Assembly: GCA_000708835.1 (NCBI GenBank)
Contig: DF237095.1
Span: 62,001 to 126,000, forward strand
Source of the DNA: Klebsormidium nitens
Lineage: Eukaryota > Plantae > Klebsormidiophyceae
DNA length: 64,000 nucleotides
Reading direction: 5' to 3'
The position numbers and the translations under genes are program-made. Of this stretch, positions 33,333 through 47,436 are shown one piece after another; the first letter of the stretch is position 1; the number at the start of each line of letters is the position of its first letter. A model generated the notes under the pieces. The model was not told where the DNA came from, made no database searches, and was given only the letters and a program-made list of their open reading frames with translations.

Positions 33333-34718
33333 CTGAGGATGAGTGGACCACTGTCAGGACGACGAACTTGGAGAATTGCAGAGACTATGGCCTTGTTACT
33401 CCAGCAGTTCGAACGACTGGCACCAGCCTTGAATGAAATCATCCATCCAACAATGTTTGTCAGTTTGGAGGAGGTCCACTGAGAATCAGATGTGGCTGCA
33501 CAAGAACTCCAAGAAAGTAGGTGCTGAGTTCTAGTATCCTGCGCCTTCTTTCTCGTCACCAAAGATTGGGCGTTCGTAAGGCACAAGCGAGACGAAAAGA
33601 GCCAAACTGATCAGGCTATACCAACTTGTGTTAACTGGAGCCGGGCAGCGTACCTGGGGCATCGGCTGCCAGCGGAAGGCCGCTGGCCCCTCCATCATGC
33701 AATAGGGTATGAAGCAGGTCTGCAAGAGGGAAAAGCTAGAACTCTTTGTTAAGAGACTCCATTTGCTTCACAAAATCTGACTGCTTCAGATTTGTACCAT
33801 ATTGACCACCCCCAAGGATTTTGTGATACTCAGGTTTTTTGGGGCAACCACTGCTAGTTCCTAGGTTGCAGTACCATTTAGAGCTTCTGCCTGCACCTTT
33901 CAGCATAGTCTCTACAAGAACAGCTTTTAGGACAAAGACAGCTTTTGCCCCCAGATCGGATCTTGCTCTAGATTCGTTTGTGCTCTGATAGTTGTGGAGC
34001 TCTACCACCATCTTGTTTCTGTGCCAAGTTCTGATAAGAAACCTGCTCATAGTTCAAATGCTGTTCCATATTAGCTGATTTGGCTAGCTGAAGAAGGCCA
34101 CAAAAAGATGAAAAAGTTTGCATACCGTCTACAGCCTCCTGCTCCTTGCCGCGCCCGCGTTTTGCCTGCAGGCCAATGAAGTGCGTGACTTTCTAAAGTC
34201 TTTTATGCGCACTGCATAGCCGTGTGACTCCGCCTCACAATAGGCAGGATTGCTTGAGGCCAGCTTATCAGGGCTTCATCAGGCATACACTAAGCGAAAT
34301 TCAAGTACAATTTGACGTCAGTACACCTTACAACGGGGAACCCAGGCCCTTCGATGCGCAAGAGTCCACTTACCTTTCTGCTCATGGTGGGAAGCTCCCT
34401 CAGGCTGGAGTCGCGCTCTCCTTCCAACTTGCTTCAACCCCAACTTTGTCAGGGAATGGTTGGCGGGAAGAACATTTGGTGTACGCCCACCATTGCCTTG
34501 CCCAGGTTCTGCCATCTGTCTGAATCATCGAGCGTTCTGTTTGAGGAGGCTGAGATAATCGCTGTCGTTCCCGTCAAATCCCAATGTCTGATTCAGGTAT
34601 AAGGACACTACTTTTTGTTCCATGAACTCGATCCATGGCCCGTTTGGGTCTCACAGAGTCACACTTTCGGGACTGCAATGGACATGTTTACGTATATTCA
34701 GGCTATATTCTGACATAG

Positions 34719-37700
34719 AGCTCTGCTGTGCTTCATAGAGCGTCGCGATTTCCGGGACTGCTTTTCAAGTTGTTGACATCACCCAAGACTGATCGAGTCT
34801 GGACTCTGGAGTCGAAGTTTCAGCAGTGCTCATGGAAAGCACAGGCAGCCATGGCGGCCACTGAGAGAGACGCTCAGGACCCTCTAGAACCCCTCTCCAA
34901 ACCCTTTCTGGCTGAAGCATCTCCGATTGCTCTCTTTTCTGCTCTGGCACCCTGGCTCTCTGCGTCCGCGCCTCTTGATCTAGCTGGGGAGGACAATGCT
35001 GACCAAAGTGAAAGCCTCAAACTCCAGCAGAAAGGGCAGAAACTTTTGGTCAGCCAAATCCTGTGGCCAAAAAGTAAAGGAGACTTTGAGGAAAGCTTAT
35101 CTCTTAGTGGCGGAGTCGCACCACCACTATCTGCCTGCAAAGCTAAAGGTTTGACATTCTTGGCACTTTCCTTTGGGAGAAGGGCAGCTACTGCAGCACA
35201 GGGAATTCAGTCAGAAGTGGAAGGGTATGGGGGCGCCAATACAAGATGGGAGATGGAGGAAGAGCTGACGCCCCGCGAGGCGGCTGCGCTGATGTCATCT
35301 GTGCCTGATCGAGCTGGGCCTCAGGCACCGAAGCTCTTGCAAGCTCAGTGAGTCAGGACTTTCATGGTTGCAATTTGGATCTCTTGCAGGTTTTGTGACT
35401 TGGGTGTCTGTGTGTTGAGGGACTTTTTGCAAAAGATGGTTCTCTCTTTGAACCGCCTGAATTTGAGGTGTTGAGACTTTGCAAAAGCGTGCCCCAACGA
35501 TCGTGCATTCTGGGATTACACAGGCTTGCCATTTCTTGGGAACATTTCAAAGGTCCAGCATTGGTCCTTGAAAGGCTTCCCTGTTGGAATTCTCCAAGGC
35601 GCTGGTTAACTTGGGCTTGCATCGGGGTTTCTTTCCCGTCTCTGACTGCCCTCTTCGGATTGAAATGTCAACCGGGTATCAAAAACAACCTATGCAGATT
35701 AGCCTTAGCTAATGTTCCACAGTATTCTGTACCATGACCGCCCCTACATGTGTCTTGGTAACCTGGTCCGTTCTCCGAAAGCTGCTTCACATTTGAACTC
35801 TGCAATACACCTCACTAGATGGGCACTCTCTCTTTCCTCGTGCATGACTGCCCGTGCATATCCCGTTTCCAGGTTCTTCTTCCCACGACTGCTCCAGGGG
35901 TGCTTTTCTGCTCTGAACGCCCGATGGTCGGAACTGGTGCGAGAGCATCGGTCCAGCTACAGTGCCTGCGAGGCTGCTCTGACTGATGGGACCTTCGAGT
36001 TTGTGTCGCAAGTCGTGGTTAAGATGAGCCGGAGGGGCCAGGCAGGTCAGTGAGAACACTTTCTCATCCATTGATGCCTGCTGTTCGACCTGTGGTTCCA
36101 AACCAGATGATAACCAAAAGAGGTCGAAGAAGTTAGTTTATAAGTTGGGAGGGCAGTGTATATTCTCATGTTGGTGTTTTAACTGTGTTGATTCAGGGTG
36201 ATCGTTTTGGAGCTGCACGGCCAGAGTGATGAAAGACGCGGAACTTTAAAGTGAATAGACACTTGACTGCTAAGATGAAGAGTTGCAATTTTCAGATAGC
36301 GTCCCCTTGATGAGCTTCATTTGTGCGATGCAAGCATACAGTGGGCAGAGGACGGGCTGTGGGCAAAGGAAGTGCTGTACAATATCAAGGCAAGGGCTGT
36401 GGCTTACGTTTTCGCTCAGAGAAAAGAGAAGTTTGTTCAAGAAGCTCAAGGAAGTGTGAGGCTTCGGAAGCTTGCAACAGACGAAATACGAAGGTTAGGC
36501 CAGATGGCCAGCTGGCCTATGCACAACAGTGTTGTTTATCCACGAAACAGGCGCTTCAAACAGACTCCTCACAATCACCTTTGAACACAGTCTTCTTTTG
36601 TTTCTCAGATCGAGCTGCCAACAGCACCCTGCTCGCTTTCCTGCGCTCCACCCCGGCCCCCCCCAGAACCCCTGGCGAAATCCACCCCTCAGGAAGCGAC
36701 CCGTCCCGTTTCCTCGACGGCATGTGGCATGCCCTCGCTTCTCTCGTCTCAATCGACGCTGCCGCCACAGAAAGATGGACAGAGTCGCTCCTCCGAGCAG
36801 CAGACAAGGCCCGGTTAAACGACTCTGCGGCAGAGGGGCTCCTCTGGGCCCTGTTTGGGAGACTGCTGCACTCGAGCCCTTCTGTCCGACAGCTCTTCAC
36901 AGAGCGGTTACTGCTTCAGCGGGTCTTACCCCTCCGGTGCCTCCGGTGGTTAGTCCGGTTCATTATCGTCAACCCGCCTCCAAACCAAGAAGACGGGTCG
37001 GCTAGCAATATCTTGACGCCGAACCAGGAGCCAGGGAGAGTGCTGGGGCAAATTGCGCAGGTTTGGGGGGGTCCCGAGTGGGTGCGAAACGCCCCCCTGC
37101 AGCAGCAGAGCCACGTGAGTGCGGCGCTTGCTCTCGGGATTTCGGGCCTAACCAAGGAGGGTTTGGAGCAAACACCAGGTTTGCTGGGTTCTCTCCTCCA
37201 GGGGGTAAGCACCAGACTGGACAGCCCTATCTGGGACACCCGGGGGCTGGGGATGAGGGTCGCAACGGCGTTTTCCATGGTTCTGGATCCGCAAAACCCG
37301 CTCGTTTTCGACGAAGAGGTTAAAGTAACCGGGGAAGAGGACTGGAGCTGGCAGTCGTGGAACGCAAAACCTTCTAACCCGAAAAAGGCACTGGCGCAGC
37401 TCGAAAAAGAGGAGAAAGCCTGGGAACTAGAGGCGAGGAGTATCTTGCGCGGAGCGATTGGCGAGGAGAGAGAAGAGAACGAACGGAGCGGGAAAGCGGC
37501 GGAGCGCGATGGAGGAGCAACGGCCTCGATAAGCGGACGAGAGACTCTGTCCGGCACGGAACGGCCCCGGCTGATCATTGGCGACGACGCTGACACGCCC
37601 GATGACATCATTCTCCCGGGCGCATTTACACCGAAGTCCAAAACCTCCCCCTCCGACGCTTCCCCGAAGCGGCTCCTGATCGAGGAGCTCCCCGGGCCGC

Positions 37701-40700
37701 CGCCCGAGCACGAGCCCGACAGCGATGACGACAGCGTGACGTCACTCGAGCCGTACGACATGGAGGATGACGTGGCGGACCTGGACGGCGAGAAGGTGCC
37801 CACGCAGCTGAGGGAGTGCGCGGCGGCGCTCCGGAAAAAGGAGGACTGGGAGGGCGTGGAAAAGGCGCTGGCGGCGGCGGAGGGGCTCGTGCGGGCGGAC
37901 CCCGACGAGCTGGGTGACGTCAGCTTGGAGGTGAGGGTGACATCAGCGAGAAAAGTGGGACGATCGGACAATAGGGAGGTCCGTTGCATCTCGGGTAAAG
38001 GATGGTGTTGGCTGGTTTTTGCCCATTTCATTCTACATTCGGTTTAATCGCTGTCGATTGACAGGGGTAAAAGAACGATGATCGATATTGCGATGCGCCA
38101 CGGAAGTGAGGCGAATGAGACTGCTTCTCGAAGAAACACGGCCAGCCCTTTTCCAAAGTGATGAATCGATAAGACGAATCTGCAGATTCGTGCAAGTTTT
38201 GCAGTCGTCGGCAATGAGCGCGACGTCACATGATTGCCGAACGGGTTCAAAAGACTCTCTAGAGATGTTGCGACTGGGTCCGTCAACGAACTCTTAACCA
38301 GAATCAATTTGAGACTTACTTTGCACCACCTCCGACAATTCTTTCCTTAAACCCGGTCTAAACCCTTTTTTGCTCCCAGCTCGCGCGGGCACTGTTGCAC
38401 GTGAGGGTGTCGGAATTTTCCATAGACGGCGAAGAGGACCAGCATGAGGAGCGCCGCTACAAGGCCCTTGTGGCGCTTCTCGCGCACGCAACGGCGCCCG
38501 TCGTTGCATTCTTGACGAGCGAAGTGTTCTCGCCGCACCTAGACGTGCACCAGCGGCTGCTGATCCTGGACGTGCTGCAAGGTGCGAACCGCCTTCTTTA
38601 TCTGACGAAAAGATAAAGAAGGTCACTTCTTTACACTAAGGTCCGAAGAAAGGACACTTCTCTTGCCTGCTGCTTCTAGGAGACAGCATGGAGAAAGCAG
38701 AACAGAAGCGAAGAAAGAACAGGAGGTATTCAAAAGGAAGGACCAGTCGCAAGCGGGTGACGAGAAAGGAAAGAAACGGCAAGCCAAAAGAACATACAAA
38801 CCGTACATTGACGACAGAGAAAGCGAACGGGGATGATTGTGGGTTGACCGTGAGTCCTCTGCGTCCTCCCCATCCTCGATTCCCGCCTCTGAGTTTTCCC
38901 GGCAGAAGTAAACTGTTATTTGAGTACGGCGAAAGCGCGACGGCGTCCTTCAAGAAGGATTTGTTTTCCCTGCCATTCTCACCAGTCTAGTTTCCTCTTC
39001 CCAGGCGCCGCTCAGGAGCTTTCTGGGCTGCAATCCCGCACGGTAACCGCCCCCCAACCCCCCTCCATCGACCAAGCCCCCCCTCCTCCCCAAGCCCGCA
39101 ACCCAACCCCCTGGAAAGAGATCGACGCCCCGGGGGGGTCCGCCTGGTCTCACGCATTTGAACGGAACCTCCCCCTCCGGGCGGATCAAAAGCGGGTGGG
39201 GAAGAGCCGGTACTGGGGCAAAACTGACCGGGAAAAGATAACCCGGGTGGTTAAGAACCGGTTTGCGCCGGTGGCTGCGGCGTTCATGCTGCCGCTGATG
39301 AGGGACTTTGATAAGAGGTCGCACGGGGTGGACTGGCTGGGACGAGAATTTCTGGTACTCGGCAGGTGAGGGTTTAAGAAGCGGGCTAAGATGATGCTTG
39401 TTGGAGTGCTGCGTTTGACGTGGTGTCAGGTTTCGAAAGACGACTTTGGGATGTGTGATAATACATGGTTGGACGATGGGGATCATTTGGTCATACATTG
39501 CAAAGCTTTAAATCTTTTATTGACCTGAACACATCGTTTGGACAGCCTTTGTGGCAAATCAAATCGGTCTCATCTTCCGCTTACTTGATATGGCAGCGTA
39601 GAGTTTATCCTCCGGTTGGGATCCCCGCAGGTTGCTCTGTGACCGTATCACTCGTGAAACGCATGCCTTATGACATAACGAGGTGCTCGAACAGTCGGTT
39701 GAGGGTTGAGAATCCGTCCAAAGTGCGCTGCAAAGCGGCTTATCCTAAATTTCCTCCATCGTCTAGGCACGCTCATCAAGTGCTCTTTCAAATCCATCAA
39801 GGTACTCCTTGAAAGCTCGTTTAGTAAGACCACTAAATGTAAAGTCCTTAACCGCCTCATACCGTTTCTTTGTTTTGTGCGCCTCCTACAGAGGATCTCG
39901 AATGCTCGTCGAGTGCTCTCCTAGTCACCTAGTCCACCTATGGGTACAACTGAACGTCGTCTGACAGAACTTTCATCATCTAGTGAGTCAGGGACTCCCT
40001 CATTTCGAGACTATCTCGAATCTAATATTTCCGCCTCCCACAGGTTTCTCCATCTCCTCGGCACGCTCGTCGAGTGCTCCGCCCCCTCCATTGAGACGCA
40101 GCCGCTCGCGGCCGCGCTACTGGACCTGCTCCGCGCGCGCGCCGTGTCCGGACACGTGGAGCCGTACGTCCGGCGCCAGGCGCTCTTCGCGGCCGCGTCC
40201 GTCCTGATGACGCTAGCACCGGCCCAGGTAACGCACTTTCTCAACAGTAAGAAGGTTAACAGTTTGAGTTGAGGCCATTTGCCAGCCTGGAAGGAGTGGT
40301 TAATCAAGGGCTTAGGGGTCGATACAAGCGCGGAGAAGGTAAAGGTTTAGTTAGGGTGTCAGTGATTGGGGTACACGTGGGGTTGAAAGCGTACTAACTT
40401 GACGCTTATTATCACGTGAATCTGGGACCTACTGATGTATGCTTCGTCTAATTCTTGAGCCACAATTGCACTTCCTGACACTTGCTCTTGAGCGCATCAC
40501 GTTGCATCTACCATCTTCCGCCTTATCGAACAGTCAGAAGATACCTTCAGCAAGCACGGACGGTCAGATAGCGTCGTGCAGCCAATTGCTGCAGGAGTCA
40601 GATTCACCGTGAACCTCAGCACGAACAACCGGTCGAAGAGAAATGAGCTTCTGGGGGGACCGCTAGATTCACTTGAGGGCAGTTACGGGTAGGGTTGCAG

Positions 40701-41695
40701 AGCGCCTGTTTGTTCTGCTTAGAGCATCCGATTGCGGAATGCCCGGGCCTCCTCGTCTGACTGAAAGCTGCTCAAGCGGGAGTCAGAGGCGGGCGATGTT
40801 TAGACGGACAAGTAGACGGAAAGAATCTTCAAGTTTGTTCTTGATCTGCTTTCGTGCTTCGTACGTTTTCCAAAGCAGGATCAAAAACTCACGTGTAGAA
40901 GCATTTCTCACCGCAGGAAGTGGGAAAACCCCTAACCTGGTATTTTTCAGCGAACTGAAAAATACGATGGTCTTCATTGTTGCTAGTATGACCCGATGCT
41001 CTTTTCAGGTCATTGCGGCTCTGGTGGGCGACCATTCGCCGGCCGCTGATGGGCTGGATTGGGTCAGGGGATGGGCGGCCGAGGTCGCCGAGAACGACCC
41101 GGACGAGGCGTGCAGAGAGGTGAGTGGGGCTTTGACACGTGTCGCGCGCTCGATGTCGGGATAAAAACGCTGAAAATGCTCTTCTCGTGCGGTTAGCATT
41201 CTGCGTGAAAGGGCGAAGCATTTTTTTAACCTCATATAGGTAGTTATGCTTGCATTGCTGGATGCCCTTGAGGTTTCCACTTGGAAAGTAAAGCTCTCTG
41301 TTCTTTTCTAGATATTGCAGCTATCGTCCACCGACCGAGTCATTCTCATACCGCTGTGATAAGCATAACAAGGAACTCAAGAAACGTGCTTTTGGTTCAG
41401 TATGAAACACACGCCGACGTGCTTCAGAGGATGCCACCTTGATGGTCCCCTTGCCTCTACTGCGGCACGCTGCTGACGTTGCTCGGGCTCTGCTGACGTG
41501 CATCTCCGTGTATTCTGGCAGATGGGCGAAGCCTGTCTCCAACTGCAAAGCAACCTAGCGACGCGCGCCATGGAGCTCATACAAGCGGGCGCGCCGACTG
41601 CCGCGAATCCGGCGCTGCTTGCGTCGCTGTCGTCATCAACAAGTGGAGGGCCAACGGTGCTGACGCAAGGTCCTCGGGTACAGATGCTCGGATAA
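34719..41695 (+). CDS. TEL2: Telomere length regulation protein TEL2/TELO2 (TTT complex); 5' exons unresolved
   Basis: Exons 34719-35347, 35873-36045, 36609-37930, 38380-38581, 39005-39365, 40044-40227, 41009-41119 and 41522-41695. Plant TEL2-like motifs: SSVPDRA, LPLRCLRWLVRF, LLQGVSTRLDSP, AFSMVLDPQNPL, the acidic SDDDSVTSLEPYD phospho-motif, QLRECAAALRK, QRLLILDV, NRFAPVAAAFMLPLM and NDPDEACRE. Confidence 0.9.
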
Positions 41696-42951
41696 GGGAG
41701 GGAGTTTGAATGAAGAAAGAAACAGGAGGAGAGGGATTCGGCAAGTGGCTTCGTCCCTGCTACTTAGGAAGTTGCAATCAGGAGGTGGAAAAGAAAGAGA
41801 CGTGGGGTGTGGGCAGACCGTATTGAACTGCAGTCGTTTCCTGTGACGTGGCTATGACACTGAGCTTTTTGCGCTTTTAACAACAGTCAATAGTGCCCTT
41901 GATCTGTGCAACTTACGGGCCTGGCTTCCCAAATCAGCTGAGTCGCGATGGGTGCGTCACCAAGGCACGGTGCCATCACTTGTGACTCTGCTTAATGGGA
42001 CACAAGTGATCGAAGGTTGCGTGCTACAAACTAGCACGCTGACGCAAATTGACGTTCACATGCCTAAGTTTGCAATGTTAACTGCTCAGTCATTGGTAGA
42101 AACGCAGCCTGTCCTGCACTGAGAAACTTGATTGCAACCGCAAGCTAGAGCTGCCGCTCCCACTCGATTGCATGTTTCGGCGGGCCTACGTGCAGCCTCG
42201 GGCCATGTCTGAAGATTCAAATAGAAAGTAGCTCATGGGGCCGATGCATAGTGTATCGAGATTGCCAGCGAGTATCGCGAGTCCGGTACCGCCAGCATCT
42301 ATGTCGACATACGCAGCGCAGTGATATGATCTTAGGCACTTCCACGTGAGACGAAGTGTAAAGATCGGCATCATCATGCCGGAATCTGACCAACACCAAG
42401 TTTGGCCATAAGCATTTCAATGTCAAGAAACCTTGAGTCGTACGTGATGGTATACGTCGGCAATCTTGCAGCACATGTGCAGCCTGATCATCGTTGCATG
42501 TCAGTGACAAGCAATGGAAGGACTTATTTAGTGCATCAGATTCTCTAGTTTTCACTATGCGCCGTGCCTCACCACCAACCTTATATAACCGTCTATTTCA
42601 TACACATACTTCTGTACAGAAAGTCGTAAGCATTCTCGAATATAGCGTCATGTGATCTGATCGATCTGCCACTATCAACACAAAGGGAACTTGCGTGCAC
42701 GTCCGATGCCACCACGGAACCCTATCGTTGGGCATCCAATGCTACCTATAGGAAGGTCTGACCTGTCTCTTTCACGGTACTGCAGCCGCTAGGACTCAGA
42801 AGGCATTGATGAGTGGCTCACATATGCCACGCTTCACACAAAATCAGTGCCCCCGCCGCGGTCGCCCCCGAATCCGCCCCACTTTTACCTCCCTGTTACC
42901 GCGCATTACCGCCCATAACGACCCGCGACTTGACCTCTGCGTCAATGGCGA

Positions 42952-45900
42952 CTATTTTCGTTTCGGCCCGAAGCATCCGCAGGTCGTCGTCGCCTCGTCA
43001 AACTCCTTCTTGACCGGCTTCTCCCCGCTACGCTGCATCTCCTCCAGCTGCAAAACGATCTCCGAGAAGATGGGCCGCTTCTTGGGGTCCACGTCCCAGC
43101 AGCTGCGCATCAGGTCGGCGAGCGCGGAGGGGCATGCTGACGTGATGTCCGGCCGAAGTTGCTGCAGAGTGATGTCAGCGTCAGAAGCAAATTAATGTTT
43201 TTGTTATGCACTCGTATGGAATAAGAGGTTCGGGTTTGCAGAAGTATATCTCGTCGGTCACACGTTCCGTTGCCTTCTCCGCTCAAACTCAAGCGGCTTC
43301 AATCGGCTGCGGAAAAGAAGCGGCCACCAGAATGATTTCCAAACGGTATGGTCTAGTCTTAAGGCTAAGCGGTGAAAAGTCGTCAAGCGACAAAAAGACG
43401 AGCAGCTTTCTAGGGACCCACCCTGACAATCGGCACTCACAGCAAGGGAGGATCACTTAGCGCAGATGAGATTGTGTGCGAAATGACGCCCTTAGCAACC
43501 ACTGGACCGTGTCTCGACGTGTCGCTTACACAGCTGAGCACCTCGTTTTGACGGATTGCTGTCGGCAGACGCGCTGCCATCCTGACGTGGATGTTACGCT
43601 TAGTCACGGCGACGCCAAGCGCAGAACAGGAGCAGACACAGGCTGGACGGAGGGCCGCGAACGACTATGACACTTTTTTATGAGCCACGACTGTTTGCTG
43701 GTGGCTTGTATCTTGCTTGCGGATCAAGATACCAACAAGGAACTAGAGCGGAGAGGGCGGCCCACCTGCTTGGTGATGGCGTACGTGAGCTGCTGAAAGT
43801 TCATGGCGGGGATGGGGCAGTCGCAGTAGAACATCTCCCAAAGGCAAATGCCAAAGGAGTACACGTCAGCCTTCTTGTCGTACGGCTTGCTCTCCATCAC
43901 CTGCAGATAGCAGGTGTGAATAAGGCCCAATATCAGCGCGGAAAACATGGTCAATGCCGTGTTTCAGATGTAGGCCGTCGAAAGCATCGGTCGATTTTCT
44001 GCCGCCAATGGATCTGACCGGAAGCACTACAACGAAGAGTTCCTGCCGAAAACGACGGCATCCCTGTCTCACGGCTTGCTATCGGTCGCTTACACCGGGT
44101 GTAGATTGAACCGTGATCTTAGTTGCGACCGGAAACACCCCTGGAGCGGCGGGTGTGAACAAGCCCCAGATCTCAACCTCAATCTATAAGCGCGGGTGTG
44201 AACGGGGCTGGGTCTCGACAGTTCTGAATCGACAGTCCCGCAGATAGTATGGGAGCTCTAGGGTATTTGGAATGGAAATAAATGTACTAACCCCTTAAAC
44301 CCTCTGCTGACTGGGCGCACCTTAGTGACGGCCCAATTGTCTAAACCAGCGGCTATAACCGTAAGCAAACCCACACAACGACGGCCCATCCAAGATTGCG
44401 GAAAATTTCCTGAGCAGCCACTACATGAAACGACTTGCCAATCATTAAGCAGCGGCTGAATGCAGAAACGAAGCCACATAACGGCCGACCTCAAGAAAGC
44501 CAGCATCTTAAAAACCCAAAAACTTGAAAAGGTCACTGGAGAAGGAGGACGCTCAAACCAACCCCAGTCGAGAACCAACCTTCGTTGAATCTTCGAAAGC
44601 AATCTCCTCATGCGATGAATCGAAGTTTTGGCAACACGGCTCCCGGACCCAACCTGCTACTGTCCCCTGACGAAACCTAACCCAAAAACGAACCCGGCAG
44701 AAAGTAGCGGCCTTGGACGCCGTCCCATCAATCAGCGTTCAGACCAGCGACCGTTCTCGACGTCTCACGTTTAATACTGCTTATACTAAAACCAGCAACT
44801 GCCTTCTCGAACTGAGACACAGCTAGCGTCGGACTTGATTTACTAATTCGATTTTGCGACCCACCTCTGGCGCCATCCAGCCAACCGAGCCGCACATTCC
44901 AGTCATCTCGGAGGGCGGACCCTGGAGCCGCGCGACGCCAAAGTCGGTGATCTTGACGTTGCTCTTGGCGTCCAGTAGCAGGTTCTCCGTTTTGAGGTCC
45001 CGATGCAGTGTGTCCTTACTGTGCAGATACTGCGGGGGGGAAACTGGTCTTACTAGGCAGCAGCACCAGCACTTTCTTGTTGAGACACAGCCAGGTCAAG
45101 ATAGGTCCGTGCTCGGAGGAGAGGTGCTGTTGAGTTGAGGTCAGGGCGGGGCGGAGCGCGTGAGTTTGTCCTCAGGCGTTAGTCCTCCCGGTTCTCGTTG
45201 TGTATCTCAATCTGGCTCAATCAATTGAATCGACACTCACCCCGGCAGCTGCCACATGACCGGAACTGTTTGTTACGGGTCGGGTAATCTTGTCTATACC
45301 TCAAATACAGCAAAGAATTCCCTATAGTGAATCGTGGATGCAGCGTGTCCTTGCGTTGCAATTACTGCAGTTTTTAATAAACCACAAGTTTATAGAGCGG
45401 CGGTGGACTGGACAACGTCACTGTGAGACTTCCAAGTAAATACTTTTTGCATTTCTTGGTGTCTATCAGCAGTTGAACTTTCCATTTTGTGATCCTGGTG
45501 CAACTCGTCATAAAATGCAACTACTCCCGGAAGTGCCAATGTTCCTGGAAACAGCGAATAGTGATTCCTGTCGTCCCGTCCTCACGAGCGGAAGCAAGCC
45601 AACAAGACGACTCCGAGCAACTCCTAGGATATGCATCGTCATCCACTGTTGCATGGTTTAACTAACCACCAGATGCTTAGGTACGTAGATCTTTCTGAAG
45701 AAAGACATCCTCCCTTCCGAGCGGCTCGAACATGCGACGCACCTCCATGCCTTTTGCGACCCCAATCGCCATGCTGAGGAACTTTTTGTACGGCAGCCGC
45801 TTCTGGTTCTTCTTGATCAAGCAGTCCTGGCAGCAAAGACGGGACAAGCTGTGACCGGTTTGTGAAGGTGGAACCCCAACGTTTTGTCTGACTAGATACG

Positions 45901-47436
45901 AGAGTGCGCAGACTCCGTTTCCCTCGACCTTAGTTAACGGAAGTAGGTCTGTAGACGCTAGAGGGCGTTCCAAGCTGCTCAAGCTGAGCATGTGAGGTCG
46001 ACTTGTCGACTTCCACAGGACAAGGTCTGACTCAGGATGGTACTGTACTGGACTCCTGCATCGGTGCTCAATCAAATCCACGAAGCTGAGTCTGCTCCAA
46101 AGCTACTGATTTCGAGGTGAGCAGCTACGAAAACGAGGGGACTTTTGCCTAGACCGCAGCAGTAACACAAGCGCAGACACAAAAGGGTTGAAACGACGAA
46201 ACCCGATATTCACTTCCTCCTTAATACCACAAATCCCTGAATGCATGGTAACTCATGTACCCATACCGGAAGAACGGTCGGCTGAATGATGAACCGATCG
46301 CCAATCTAACCCTTGTGGGTGTGAAAGAAGTTCTTTGTCGCAGCCTCCTCACCTTGACTGTTCCCCCTCCGACATACTCAACCACGACGCAGCAAACATT
46401 GGAGCTGAACTTAATGTTGCCCGGGACTGCGGACGCTAGCTTTGGGATGGCATGCTCAGACGCGCCCAGCGAGGCGCCCAGGAACTGCAAAATGAAAGGA
46501 TTTGAGCCATGAACAAGGGAACAAGCAGAACAAAAAGCTGTGTTATGACGATTTGTCAACGTACGCTGCATACTCGCGAGACTCTCTCGGTAGGGCGTGA
46601 GGTCTGCTTGATAGGATGAGAAGTGTCGAACAACAGCGGTGCCGAAAAATGCAGTCCATTGCATGCGGAATTTCAACGGTTATGCTCCGAGTAGGTCACG
46701 GCAAATCCCCAGTATTCAGATAGATTAAAACCAGAAATGGAATACTGTGTCAGCTTGTTACCACGACAGTGCTCCGAGTATGGCACAGCGAATCCGGTAT
46801 GTCACGGCGAATCCCATTATTGAGATGGATTGGAACACGACTAGCAATCTTGCGTCAGCTTCGAAGCGAAAGACCTCCGATTTGGCTCTTACCATATCAT
46901 CTTCAGAACTTTTTATCCAAACGACTGCCCCCTCTCACCTGTACAATGTTGACATGGTGCAAATCCTTCCACACCTCAACCTCCTGCGCAAACGCCTTGC
47001 GCAGCTGCGCCACCTGCTGCCGCGACGTGGTGTTGTCCCCCCAGTCTAGAACCTTGATTGCAACCTCCCGCCCCTTATACACGCCCTTATACACCGTCCC
47101 ATATGTCCCGCTCGCAATCACAGTGTTGCAGACCAAGTCATCTAGATCAATCTCCCAGGGGTGGTGTTCCGCCTCTATGGAGTGCCCCCCCTTCATGGAG
47201 CTATCCAACATTGCCATGTCTAGGAAGGACTCAATCCTGTTGACATCGGCGCTCATGAGCTTGCGCGCCTTGGTTGAGTACTTGTGGTCGCCCTTCCTAC
47301 GGATGTCATGGCTTAACTCGCCCTCCTTCTCCGCCCCAAAGGGCGGCTGCGTCTCTGCTGATGGCCCCATTGTGACTACCCCTTTTGGCAAATGACAGTG
47401 CCTCTGGATTTTACTGCTAAATCCAAATTTTACCAC
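42952..47436 (-). CDS. Raf-like MAPKKK of plant subgroup C7 (CBC1/CBC2/ATMRK1-like Ser/Thr/Tyr kinase)
   Basis: Exons 47436(or ATG 47370)-46939, 46484-46353, 45826-45743, 45029-44865, 43900-43766 and 43161-42952, all separated by phase-0 introns. Motifs: WEIDL...GTYGTVYKG, VAIKVLDWG, SNVCCVVVEY, HRDLKTENLLL, DFG, WMAPE, DVYSFGICLWE and the C-terminal CGCF. Confidence 0.9.
44090..44210. repeat. Imperfect inverted repeat (hairpin or tiny MITE-like) in a kinase intron
   Basis: ttacaccgggtgtagattgaaccgtgatct pairs imperfectly with agatctcaacctcaatctataagcgcgggtgtgaac. Confidence 0.35.

Noticed and set aside
36323-36608. 5' part of the 574 aa ORF 36323-38047, and other TTG/GTG-initiated ORFs in the track
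   Set aside because: These are prokaryote-style ORF calls running into introns. TEL2 similarity begins only at the acceptor at 36608.
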